A DNA stretch of 64,000 bases from Eledone cirrhosa (Eukaryota). The stretch lies in contig OZ024761.1 of assembly GCA_964016885.1 (NCBI GenBank), positions 11,470,001-11,534,000 of the forward strand. The letters run 5' to 3'. This document shows positions 52,711 through 63,280 of this stretch, in pieces. The notes below the pieces were generated by a model. It worked only from the letters and a program-made list of their open reading frames with translations, searched no databases and was not told the DNA's origin. The position numbers and the translations under genes are program-made. Within the stretch, counting starts at the first letter, position 1. Each line of letters opens with the position of its first letter.

Positions 52711-53151
52711 TTAAATCATGACTCATTCACTGTTCACTTTACTGACATTTGTACTTTATTCTATGTACTATACATGCACATTTGATGAGTTGTAGTGCAC
52801 CTGAGCACTGTACATAATAATTTAATTATTCATCATCATTATCATCATACGTCTGCTTTTCCCTACTTGCAAGGGTGGGACGGGTCCTATTTTCAGCACA
52901 GCATCTCTCTATTTTTCACAGTCCTTCGTCATCTCCACTGTGAGCTTCAGCGATCTGAGGTCTGCTCTCACCACCTCCGCCATGTTTTTCGTGGTCTACC
53001 TCTACTGCGTCTTCCTTCTACTGGGATTTCTTGGCACTTCTTTACCCAGCGGTCATCCTCCATGCGCACCACATGTCCATAGCATCGCAGTCTTCTCTCT
53101 TGCACAATAAAATAAAAAATAAAGAAAACATTATTATTATAATAATAGAAG

Positions 53152-53341
53152 GGCGGTGGATTGGCAGAATTGGTAGAGGGTCGGATGCCATGCTTTGCAG
53201 CATAGAGTTACGACCCTTTATGATCTGAGTTCAAATCCCGCCGAGGTTAACTTTGCCTTTCATCCTTACGGGGTCGATAAAATAAAGTACCAGTAATGCA
53301 CTGGGATAATTGCTGGCCTTGTACTAAAAGTAGAAACAATT
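53152..53341 (+). mobile_element. tRNA-derived SINE (Meta-like)
   Basis: Same family as 18221-18412. Confidence 0.85.
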
Positions 53342-53541
53342 CATCATCATCATCCTTAAGCGTCTATCTTCTACGCTAGCATGGGTTAGACGGGAATTGT
53401 CCCACTTGAGGTAAGATTGGTCGGGTGACCGTGTCTCATTCGTATAGGACTGTCTGGTAGGTTTTCTATGGTTGGATACCCTTCCTAACACCAACCACAT
53501 TTATAGTGTGGACTGGGAGCTTGTTACCGTGTCTCCTATAC
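53341..53541 (-). mobile_element. RTE 3' UTR fragment
   Basis: Similar to 6590-6790. Confidence 0.8.
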
Positions 53542-54041
53542 CTATAATAATAAAATAAAATGTATGTAAGTAACATGTCAGACTCCGGTCCATCTGAGAA
53601 GTACTGAAGTATATATATCAGTGGGAGTTCATGTCGGTAATTATGTCTAACCTTGTAACTTTGTAACCTAGCAGCTTAGCAAATAGAGATCGATAAAATA
53701 AGTACTAGACTTGAAAAACTAGGTACTGGGTGGGGGCTTGATATCATTGCTAGAAACCCTTGAAGGGAGTGCCCCAGCATGGCCATGGTCTAATATCTGA
53801 AACCTAGTAAAAGAATCTAAAATTAAAACAATGAAATCTATTTTTTAATCAGCCTCTATATCAGAACTAATCCTCTAAAACAACAAGCTGACAAGTTGCC
53901 ATACTTTCTTGCAGTGATTAACACACTTCATTCTAAAATAGTTTTTCTACTGTACATTGTTGTTCACATTACTGTAGCTAACGAAGAGAGTGTTATAGAC
54001 TTAACCCTTTCATTACCATATTTCTAATGAAAATTACAGCC

Positions 54042-54074
<33 letters not shown>

Positions 54075-54131
54075 ACCCTTTACCATTTACATCACTCTAT
54101 ATATACTATTGTATTTCAAGGGTTCCTACCT

Positions 54132-54334
54132 AACCCTTTACCATTTACATTACTCTATATATACTATTGTATTTTTGTGGTAAAGGTTTTATCTCACATA
54201 ATATTGAATCTATGAGATTTTGATATTATTTATTTTGCGAACAATACCTTAACATCAGTATGAGTGGCCAGTTAATCAGAAATAGCAGAGAGAATTCTGG
54301 CCGGATATGGCTGGTTTAAATGCTAAAGGGTTAA
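54132..54334 (-). mobile_element. piggyBac-type MITE with duplicated left termini (also ~54002, ~54075)
   Basis: aaccctttaccatttac…aaatgctaaaggg-ttaa. Confidence 0.8.
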
Positions 54335-54601
54335 TGGCGGTGAATTGGTGGTTTGGTATCTTAAAACCTTAAATGTTTTGCTTGTTTACCTGTCCTCTGC
54401 ATTGCAAGCCGTGGTACCAGGCTTTTTTAATGGACTTTCTCCATGAGTGACCCTTGGAGGTCTTTCCTCTATTGAGCAGTTTTCCTTTGTTTTTACACAC
54501 ATTTGAAACACCCATTTGTACCGTCCTGTGCTGTCTTTAATGTTATACTTTATGTCAACCCTTGTGGTTAATAAAGAAATCATCATTATTATTATTATTG
54601 T

Positions 54602-54798
54602 GGTGGTGGATTGGCAGTATCGGTAGAGGGTCGGACGACATGCTTTGCTGCATAGAGTTACGGCCTTTTATGATCTGAGTTCAAATCCCGCCGAGGTTAA
54701 CTTTGCCTTTCATCCTTGCGGGGTCGATAAAATAAAGTACCAGTAATGTACTGGGTAATTGCTGGCCTTGTGCCTAAAATAGAAACAATTATTATTAT
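54602..54798 (+). mobile_element. tRNA-derived SINE (Meta-like)
   Basis: Same family as 18221-18412. Confidence 0.85.
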
Positions 54799-54833
54799 TG
54801 TTGTTGCTTGTATATTTCTTTCCTGTTTTACAG

Positions 54834-54946
54834 TGTACAATCTGAAAAAACCTGGGACCTACGCAGGCAACGATGCTATAGCAGCCTTTGGTCGCCTTCA
54901 TCAAGTACATATAGTCATACATCAGTTAAATTCTCCTTTTTTGCTT
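54834..54946 (+). CDS. OTUD3: OTUD3-like exon (OTU domain)
   Basis: ttttacag|TG TAC…CTT|gtaagt; (L)[37 protein letters not shown]; phase 1 matches the previous exon. Confidence 0.93.
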
Positions 54947-54989
54947 GTAAGTATTGTTTGCAGGTTCTCTTTTTTTTCTGGAACTTCTT

Positions 54990-55322
54990 TTTACAGAGTA
55001 GACTGGGTGCTTTTTTATTGTGGCACCAGCACTGCCACTTTACAGAATGGACTGGGTGCTTTTTGTTGCGGCACCAGTATTACTAATTTACAGAGTGGAC
55101 TGGGTGCTTTTTGTTGTGGAACCAGTATTACCAATTTACAGAGTGGACTGGATGTTTTCTGTGGTACCAGTATTGTCACTTTACAGAGTGGACTGGGTGC
55201 TTTTTATTGTGACACCAGCATTGCCACTTTACAGAGTGGACTGTGTGTTTTCTGTGGTACCAGCATTGTCACTTTACAGAGTGGACTGGGTGCTTTTTAT
55301 TGTGGCACCAGCTCTTCCACTT
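54990..55322. repeat. ~46-48-bp minisatellite (~7 copies)
   Basis: Repeated tttacagagtggactgggtgctttt…gtggcaccag; the reverse complement resembles the RTE-UTR cacccagtccac.ctgtaa motif. Confidence 0.85.
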
Positions 55323-55651
55323 TTTAACACTAGAATGCTAATTATATCCTTAATCGGGCTGGGGGAGGGAGTCTGGGTTTGAGGTGCCCTTGATGAGTGC
55401 TGTCAGGCACTACATTGTGGTGATCTATTCATCCTCCTATGCTGGCATGGGTTGTACAAGGGGCTGGAAATTCAGGGATGTTAGTAGGAAACCAGTAAGT
55501 ATATGCAATACAGGGTAAGTGGGACTCCATTTGTTTTTAATGCTAGCATGGGTTGGACAAGGAGCCGGAGAATCAGGGATGGGACTAGAAAGTGGGTAGA
55601 TGTATGATGTGTGTGAAGTAATGTGTGTGTATCTGTTTGTCCACTCTCCAG

Positions 55652-55774
55652 ATACAAGGTTCTAAAGATGTCACTGCGGCACAGCTCCATATTGCTTATC
55701 ATAATGGGGACCATTATTCAAGTTTACGCTGGCTTCATGACAACACTGAATCACCTGCCAATATCAGGCTAAAG
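55652..55774 (+). CDS. OTUD3: OTUD3-like exon (catalytic His)
   Basis: ctccag|ATA…AAG|gtaagc; IQGSKDVTAAQLHIAYHNGDHYSSLRWLHDNTESPANIRLK. Confidence 0.93.
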
Positions 55775-56134
55775 GTAAGCATTCTACCTGTCACTCTCTC
55801 TCTCTCTCTCTCTCTCTCCCTCTCATCCCCTCCCCACAACTTGAAAACAGTTCAACTTCATTTGATGGAATGTTTGTAGATAAATCAAAACTATTTAAAA
55901 CAAACAGTTTTGTATTATAAAACCACGGTTGGTTTGAGGGGAGCTGGTATTAAAAGGGTTTAGTAGAAGTTTCCAGAAATATGTTGTCACTGTAGTGTTT
56001 CATTGACTGTATGATGATGATGATGATGATATGTATCCCCTTAACTGTGTGTATCTGATTTAGAATTGGTTCACTGTATCCCTGTGTTGTAAGAGGGGTT
56101 GGTGATAGGGGTATTATATTCCAATATATAGTCA

Positions 56135-56335
56135 TACCTTTTATACTCGAATATAAACAGAGACCCTTCTATTTTATGTCTAAGAAAAGGGCAAAAATCC
56201 AAACCCTGTTTAAAAACCAGGGCATCTAACCAACGCATTATTTAGATTGCATTTATAAGGCCCACCCCCTCCTAATTTTACTATTGTTTTTTGGGAGGGT
56301 CACATTGCCTGACCTATATTTGAGTATATACAGTA
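56135..56335. mobile_element. Tc1/mariner(pogo)-type MITE
   Basis: Termini taccttttatactcgaatata / tatatttgagtatatacagta with TA ends. Confidence 0.55.
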
Positions 56336-56504
56336 AGGTTTAGGATGGGTACACCATATCCCTGTGTCATAAGAGATAAATATAGGGGTTGATGGTAGTA
56401 AGGGCTTCTAATTGTAAAATATTGTTGCGAGAAAGACCCCATGAGGAGTATGAAGACTGTTAGGTGTCATAAGAGATAGAATAGGTATGCTGTATCCCTG
56501 GGTG

Positions 56505-56803
56505 CCATAAGATTTAGAATAGGTATGTTGTATCTCTGGGTGTATCAGATTTAGAATAGGTATGCTGTATCTCTGGGTGTATCAGATTTAGTATAGGTAT
56601 GCTGTATCTCTGGGTGTATCAGATTTAGTATAGGTATGCTGTATCTCTGGGTGTATCAGATTTAGTATAGGTATGCTGTATCTCTGGGTGTATCAGATTT
56701 AGTATAGGTATGCTGTATCTCTGGGTGTATCAGATTTAGAATAGGTATGCTGTATCTCTGGGTGTATCAGATTTAGTATAGGTATGCTGTATCCCTGGGT
56801 GTC
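56505..56803. repeat. 37-bp minisatellite (~8 copies)
   Basis: Repeated gatttagtataggtatgctgtatctctgggtgtatca. Confidence 0.92.
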
Positions 56804-56966
56804 ATTAAAGATAGATACAAGGGTTGATACCAGGAAGGGCATCAGACTTCAACATTTTATCTTGACAGGGGTCCCCATGTCATATGACTTGCAAGGCTAA
56901 CATGTGCTTCAGCAAGGAAAATGGTCTTAAAATGCTTTTTGCTTTTATTATTATAATGTTCTTAGA

Positions 56967-57158
56967 GCGGTGAATTGGCAGTATCGGTAGAGGGTCGGAC
57001 GCCATGCTTTGCCTCATAGAGTTATGGCCCTTTATGATCTGAGTTAAAATCCCGCCGAGGTTAACTTTGCCTTTCATCCTTACGGGGTCGATAAAATAAA
57101 GTACCAGTAATGTACTGGGTCATTGCTGGCTTTGTGCCAAAAGTAGAAACAATTATTA
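56967..57158 (+). mobile_element. tRNA-derived SINE (Meta-like)
   Basis: Same family as 18221-18412. Confidence 0.85.
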
Positions 57159-57215
57159 TAATATTTCCTTAGTTAAGGGTTTGTGTTTTACTGAGATTCT
57201 GCTTCTGTTTTCCAG

Positions 57216-57356
57216 ATATTCAGTGATGACAAAAGTAAATTTAAAAGTAAGATACCCTCAAAAACTATTTATCGTGATGAGAAGTCTGGAGTGGTACGTG
57301 CAGTACGAGACCTAAAATCTATCCAACAAGAGATTATTGGAGTCACTGGTTGCCAG
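57216..57356 (+). CDS. OTUD3: OTUD3-like exon (linker, start of UBA-like domain)
   Basis: tttccag|ATA…CAG|gtttgt; IFSDDKSKFKSKIPSKTIYRDEKSGVVRAVRDLKSIQQEIIGVTGCQ; phase 0/0; TGC motif. Confidence 0.85.
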
Positions 57357-57391
57357 GTTTGTTTCATTTTATAGTAAAGTGGTTGGTGTTT

Positions 57392-57943
57392 AACCCCTTA
57401 GCATTTACATTATGGAAGCACATGGCTTAGTGGTTAGAGCATTGGGCTTGCAATCGAAAAGTTGTGAGTTCAATTCTCGGACCGGTTGATGTGTTGTTTC
57501 CTTGAGCAAGACCCTTTATTTCACATTGCTCCAGTTTACTCAGCTGTAGAAATGAGATGATAGGGACTGGGGTCCCTATCATTCCACTGCAAAGTGTTTG
57601 TGGAGGGGCCACAGCAAAAAAGCACGCAGCACACACTGTAAATGAGGTTGGTGTTAGGAAGGGCATCCAGCTGTAGACATCAAGCCAGAATCAGTTCCCG
57701 TCCCACCCTTGCAAGCAGGGAAAAGTGGACGTAAAATGATGATAATGATGATTACTCTATATTTACTATTGTATTTTCAAAGTAAAGTCTTTATCTGACA
57801 TAATATCGAATCTATGAGATTTTGATATTATTTATTTTGAGAACAATACCTTAATGTCAGTATGAGTGATCAGTAACAGCTGGTTTGAACAGAAAGAGGT
57901 GAGAGAATTCTGGCCAGATATGGCCGGTTTCAATGGTAAAGGG
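57392..57943. mobile_element. piggyBac-type MITE interrupted by a CORE-type SINE (57414-57751, +)
   Basis: ttaaccccttagcatttacatta [SINE] tactctatatttactattg…aaagggttaa. Confidence 0.85.
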
Positions 57944-58389
57944 TTAAGGAAGGAAAGCCAGCAATACGATCCATGCTCCTGATCCCTAAAAAAAAAAAGT
58001 TGACATCCTCACCAGTGCTGGTGTCATGTTAATATGTATCCAGTACATTCTGTAAAGTGGTTGGTGTGTAAGGAATGGTGACCAGCTATTGGAACCCTGT
58101 CAATGAAAGGGTCAATAGGACATCCTCCCTAATACTGGTGTCACAATAGTGTGTCCCCAGTGGTTGGCATAGAAACTATACAAGTTGTGTCAAAGACCTG
58201 CCACTCTCCCTAGTGCCAGACCCACAATACAATTTATGCAGTTCACTCTGTAAAGTGGTCGACATTTAGGAAGGTCACCCAGTCATAGAAATCATACCAA
58301 AACTGGTAAAGTGATGTCGATGATGATGATGATGATGATGATGTTGATGATGATGATGATAAAATGACGATATATTTATTACTTTGCAG

Positions 58390-58489
58390 GACCGAGAGGT
58401 CATTCGTAAATATCTAGAAGAAAATGATTATAATGTTGATGCCACTGTTGCAGACCTCCTGCAGTTGTTGAATATTTCCCGGAAAGAAG
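58390..58489 (+). CDS. OTUD3: OTUD3-like exon (UBA-like domain)
   Basis: tttgcag|GAC…GAA G|gtaaat; DREVIRKYLEENDYNVDATVADLLQLLNISRKE. Confidence 0.88.
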
Positions 58490-58496
58490 GTAAATC

Positions 58497-58598
58497 ATTC
58501 TCACCTGACACCCTTCCCATCCATTATCACCTGACATCCTTCCCTTCCATTCTCACCTGACACCCTTCCCTTCCATTCTCACCTGACATCCTTCCCTT
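58497..58598. repeat. 26-bp repeat, ~4 copies
   Basis: Repeated tctcacctgacacccttcccttccat. Confidence 0.8.
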
Positions 58599-58699
58599 TT
58601 TGTTACTGTGATTTATCAGGCAGGAACTACTAAGTTTTGAGTTCAAATCCCTCTCCAAGCCTGAGTATAACAGATTTCTACCAGAGAGAGGAAGAATCC

Positions 58700-58853
58700 A
58701 CCCTCAGGACTAGACAGGTACTTTTTTCCTCGACCTCGAAAGGATGAAAGGCAAAGTTGACCTCGGTAGGATTTGAATTCAGAGAGCAGCGAGCCAGAAC
58801 AAATACCATAAAGCATTCTATCCGATGTTCTAACGACTCAGCCAATTCGCCAC
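58700..58853 (-). mobile_element. Meta-like SINE, diverged subfamily, antisense
   Basis: Reverse complement contains ggcgaattggc…gaattcaaatcctaccgaggtcaactttgcctttcatcctttcgaggtcga. Confidence 0.75.
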
Positions 58854-58889
58854 CATATATATGTATGTATGTATTAACATTTATTAAAA

Positions 58890-59138
58890 TCAACTGGCTA
58901 CAATCAAAGCGACAGAATCAGAGTATACAAAGGAACCACGGAGAAGTATAAGAGCCTCATAGAAATGGACAGGAGCAAATCATGGAATAGCTTAGATAGG
59001 ACTAAGCATAAGATAGAGAAAGCAACTTCATGGTACGACAACCAGAGATACCAGAGTGTCATGTTCGTGGATGCTACCCCTGGGGGGAAATTAGCTAACC
59101 AATGTACAAAGGCCCTAAGAAAGACCCACTTAAAAATT
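58890..59138 (+). mobile_element. Penelope-like element fragment (RT thumb/linker)
   Basis: STGYNQSDRIRVYK…WYDNQRYQSVMFVDATPGGKLANQCTKALRKTHLKI resembles the SGY…WY…SVxFVxxTPGGxL pattern I recall from PLEs; not database-checked. Confidence 0.6.
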
Positions 59139-59445
59139 TACATTGATATATATATATATATATATATCTCAACATTTATTCAACTTTACGATATATATAT
59201 ATATATATATATATTTATTAAACTTTACACTGTTATATATATCCTTTAAAACCTCCATGCTTTCTGAAATTCACCAACACTACACCTGATATCCCCCCCC
59301 CCCATCCATACACACGCACACATGTATATCATGACTCATACACTGTTCATTTTCCTGACATTTGTACATTATTCTATGTACTATACATGCACCTTTGATG
59401 AGTTGTACTGCACCTGAGCACTGTACACAATAATTTCATTATTAT

Positions 59446-59636
59446 TGGATTGACAGTATCGGTAGAGGGTCGGACGCCATGCTTTGTAGCATAGAGTTAC
59501 GCCCCTTTATGATCTGAGTTCAAATCCCGCCAAGGTTAACTTTGCCTTTCATCCTTACGGGGTCGATAAAATAAAGTACCAGTAATGTACTGAGTAATTG
59601 CTGGCCTTGTGCCAAAAGTAGAAACAAAATATTATT
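59446..59636 (+). mobile_element. tRNA-derived SINE (Meta-like)
   Basis: Same family as 18221-18412. Confidence 0.85.
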
Positions 59637-59639
59637 ATA

Positions 59640-60275
59640 TATATATATATTTATTCAACTTTACATTGATATATATATATATATCAACATTTATTAAATT
59701 TTACGTTGATATATATATATATTTATTCAACTTTACATTGATATATATATATATATTTATTCAACTTTACATTGATATATATATATATATATTTATTCAA
59801 CTTTACATTAATATATATATATATATTTATTAAACTTTACATTAATATATATATATATATTTATTCAACTTTACATTGATATATATATATATATATATTC
59901 AACTTTACATTGATATATATATATATATATATTCAACTTTACATTAATATATATATATATTTATTCAACTTTACATTAATATATATATATATATATATTC
60001 AACTTTACATTGATATATATAAATACATATATATATATATATATATTTATTCAACTTTACATTAATATATATATATATATATATTCAACTTTACATTGAT
60101 ATATATCTATATTTATTTATTAAACTTTACATTGATATATATAAATACATATATATATATATGTATTTATTAAACTTTACATTGATATATATAAATACAT
60201 ATATATATATATGTATTTATTAAACTTTACATTGATATACATATATTAAATTTTACGTTGATATATTTATTAAAC
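59640..60275. repeat. AT-rich repeat (ttcaactttacattga(ta)n)
   Basis: Directly visible. Confidence 0.9.
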
Positions 60276-60319
60276 AAGGACATTTTATTTACATGGTTTT
60301 TGTGCTTTTGTTTTTTCAG

Positions 60320-60606
60320 AGAAATCAGTTCATGGGAAAAAAAGTGCTTTAGGGAAATCAGATTCTTGTCTTTGGTCTGAAACGGGTTCTGGTACGCGAC
60401 TATTTGGCACCGTTGCACAGAAATCTTCCTCAACTACTTCTTCTAATTCTTCTCCTCCTTCTTTGTCATCTTCATCGACATCGCTGAGGAAATCTAAGGA
60501 CTCTCGCGTTCATTTCACCGATGACTGCACCAGTGAAAGCTCGGGTTACGGTTCTCTGAGTGGTGACAGCAGCAATGGTGCCCGACCGAAGCTTATGATA
60601 CCCAGG
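60320..60606 (+). CDS. OTUD3: OTUD3-like exon (Ser-rich C-terminal region); gene continues downstream
   Basis: ttttcag|AG AAA…AGG|gtgcgt; open frame with LWSETGSGTRLFG, resembling the vertebrate OTUD3 LWxxxGSGxRIFG motif; phase 1 matches. Confidence 0.85.
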
Positions 60607-60949
60607 GTGCGTGTACTGTAGCGTAAATTAGAATTGGTAGAGATTTTATCAATTGAGTCTTCTTTCTTCTCCTCTTTCTTTCTCCAACAACAACAACAAC
60701 AACAACAACCACTACAATCTGAACTCCGGCACTTCACCTCCTACCCTTGTCCCCTCCCTGCCAGTGACCCTCTGCCTCCAGCTTCTTCCCTTCCCACCCC
60801 TCAATCCACCCCACAGACATATTAACGGTGAGAGCTAAAAGCTGCATATGTAAATTTTTCAGTAAATTTGTTATTTATATTTTTTCTTTTATTTGTTGTT
60901 TTTATTTTTCTATATTTGTCTTTATTTTCTGATGTTAACCTTCTATATG

Positions 60950-61206
60950 TCTGGGTAAAGGGCAAAGACCCTTCAGTCATGAATGACCAAGTTCCCCTCC
61001 AAAGTACAAGGTTGTCAGTCTCCCCTCTCCATGCCACCGATGTTGTCCAAGGGAAACGCAATGGCCGATACAGCGCTACTCATTTCTACCGATGAGTGAA
61101 CTGGAACAACATGAAATAAAATGTCTTGCTCAAGGACACAACACATCATCCAGTCCGGGAACTGAACTCACAACCCCCCAATTGCAAGCAAATGCTCTAA
61201 CCATGT
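60950..61206 (-). mobile_element. CORE-type SINE variant
   Basis: gagtgaactggaacaacatgaaataaaatgtcttgctcaaggacac…gctctaacc. Confidence 0.7.
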
Positions 61207-61339
61207 GTGTGTGTGTGTGGCCCCGTGACCCCTGATGGAGTTGTAGGGGTGCCATGTTGACATACAGCATTTCCTGGGCACTTTTAAGCCTGGCAGAACC
61301 CATTCCTCTCTAGGCATATATATATATATATATACACAC

Positions 61340-61734
61340 ACATATTTCTATGGCCCAGCACCATCATCCAATTATGAGGCAAGACAACACAGTCTCATCA
61401 AGTGACTTTCACAGAATTACAAAAACAGGGTTACGTTGAACCCAAACTTATCATCGAAGATAGGGAAAAAAGAATGGGAAATTGAAAAATGAAAATTTGA
61501 GCCAGGGATTGTCTGTAAAAAATGTTGCTGTGTGAACAGGCAGCAACAGTTTTTTTTACAGACAATCCCTGGCTCAAATTTTAATTTTTCAATTTCCTAT
61601 TCTTTTTTCCCTATCTTCGATGATAAGTTTGGGTTCAACGTAACCCTGTTTTTGTAATTCTGTGAAAGTCACTTGATGAGACTGTGTTGTCTTGCCTCAT
61701 AATTGGATGATGGTGCTGGGCCATAGAAATATGT
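61340..61734. repeat. Long inverted repeat / foldback element (~190-bp arms, ~10-nt loop)
   Basis: 61340-61530 is the near-perfect reverse complement of 61541-61734. Confidence 0.95.
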
Positions 61735-62024
61735 ATAGTGATTTCACGGAATTAAAATTTTAAAGTATATCTTAGTCGTTTTATAGATACTTTACTCTGT
61801 TACTGCACCAGTCACTGGATACCACATCTACGATGGATGACTTGCATTACATTGAGTGGTTTCATCGACTTCTTACATCATAATTTGCCTAACAGAAACA
61901 GCAGTTCTACCCTGGTGATCAGAGGAGATGACGAAGGACCGTGACAGGTGGAGAGATGCTGTGCTGAATAGGACCCGTCCCACCCTTGCAAGCAGGGAAA
62001 AGCAGACGTAAAATGATGATGATG

Positions 62025-62200
62025 TAATACTATAGATAGTACACACTATAATACTATAGATAGTACACACTATAATACTATATAGATAGTACACACTAAT
62101 ACCATAGATAGTACACACTATAATACTATATAGATAGTACACACTAATACTATAGATAGTACACACTATAATACTATAGATAGTACACACTATACTACAC
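62025..62200. repeat. ~22-26-bp repeat (atactatagatagtacacacta)
   Basis: Directly visible. Confidence 0.85.
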
Positions 62201-62556
62201 CCTTTCCAGGTGATAGGGCTGGTGTCACAACCACAACTGAGACACATGTTCAACTCTTTCCTTATTACATGGCTAATGAAAGATACTGCTTATGATTTTA
62301 AAATAAGTTTGAAAGTAATTAAGAAATTGGAATAATTTAGTAATATATCTAACCTCATTATTAAAACATTTTTTAGAATAACTTAGCCATTTTAATACCA
62401 AACCTTTTGAAACCACTCCTGGTTTTAAGATACCAAACTTTTAAAAAAAAAGTATTTGTATTTATCTAAAAACCTTTGATATTTATATATGAGGGAGGTT
62501 GTTGTGTCTATGATGTTACTATATTATATAATATAATATATATATATTATATGTAT

Positions 62557-62652
62557 TTTGCTGATGACACAGAGCACTAAATTAGTACCATTGGAGTTGA
62601 TTTTAAAATCCGAACCATAGAACTTGATGGCAAAACTATTAAACTACAAATA
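62557..62652 (+). pseudogene. RAB1: Rab1 processed-pseudogene fragment
   Basis: [31 protein letters not shown] versus Rab1 [34 protein letters not shown]; 6-bp deletion and an in-frame stop. Confidence 0.9.
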
Positions 62653-63280
62653 GCTATAACGGAGGAATTTAGGACTGGAGGCTCAACTTGGAAATAAAAG
62701 GCCTCAAAGTCAACCTATCCAAGACCAAACTCCTTGTGAGCAGTAGCGGAAATGGAGCTCTGATACCTTTCGGGAAATGGCCCGGCTCAATATGCAGGAA
62801 AGGGGTGGGCAGAAACTCTATCCAGAGCACCAAATGCAGACAGTGGGTACACGAGATGTAATAGGAAAACAGGCAGGCTGGCAAAAAAGATGGACTTCAT
62901 ATGTGTATCCTGCACAGAGATGGTAGGCAAAGACCCTCAGATAGTATGCCCCTTCAAATGTACAGAAGACCCCATAGAAATAGTTGATAGCTTTTGCTAT
63001 CTGGGGTAGAAAATCAGCTGTGCAGAAAGCTCAGTTGTGAGAGTAGGAAAAGGTTCAAGGAGCTGCTGCCACTGCTAACTACAAAAGGTCTCTCACTTAA
63101 GATAAAAAGCAAGCTGTACGACACCTGTGTGTACTCAGCAGTGCTACATGGTAGCGAAATGTAGGCTCTGCATGCCAAGGACCTATGGAGGCTGGAAAGA
63201 AAGGAAGCCTATATGATCAGATGATGTGAAACAGAAGTGTATGTGTACGGCAAAGTGTTAGTGTATTAAGAGGGATGAAA
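62653..63280 (+). mobile_element. Degenerate RTE LINE RT/PHD fragment fused to the Rab1 piece
   Basis: AITEEFRTG / [18 protein letters not shown]…GKWPGSICRKGVGRNSI…IVDSFCYLG…LYDTCV..AVLHGSE; stops and frameshifts; YADD segment deleted. Confidence 0.9.
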
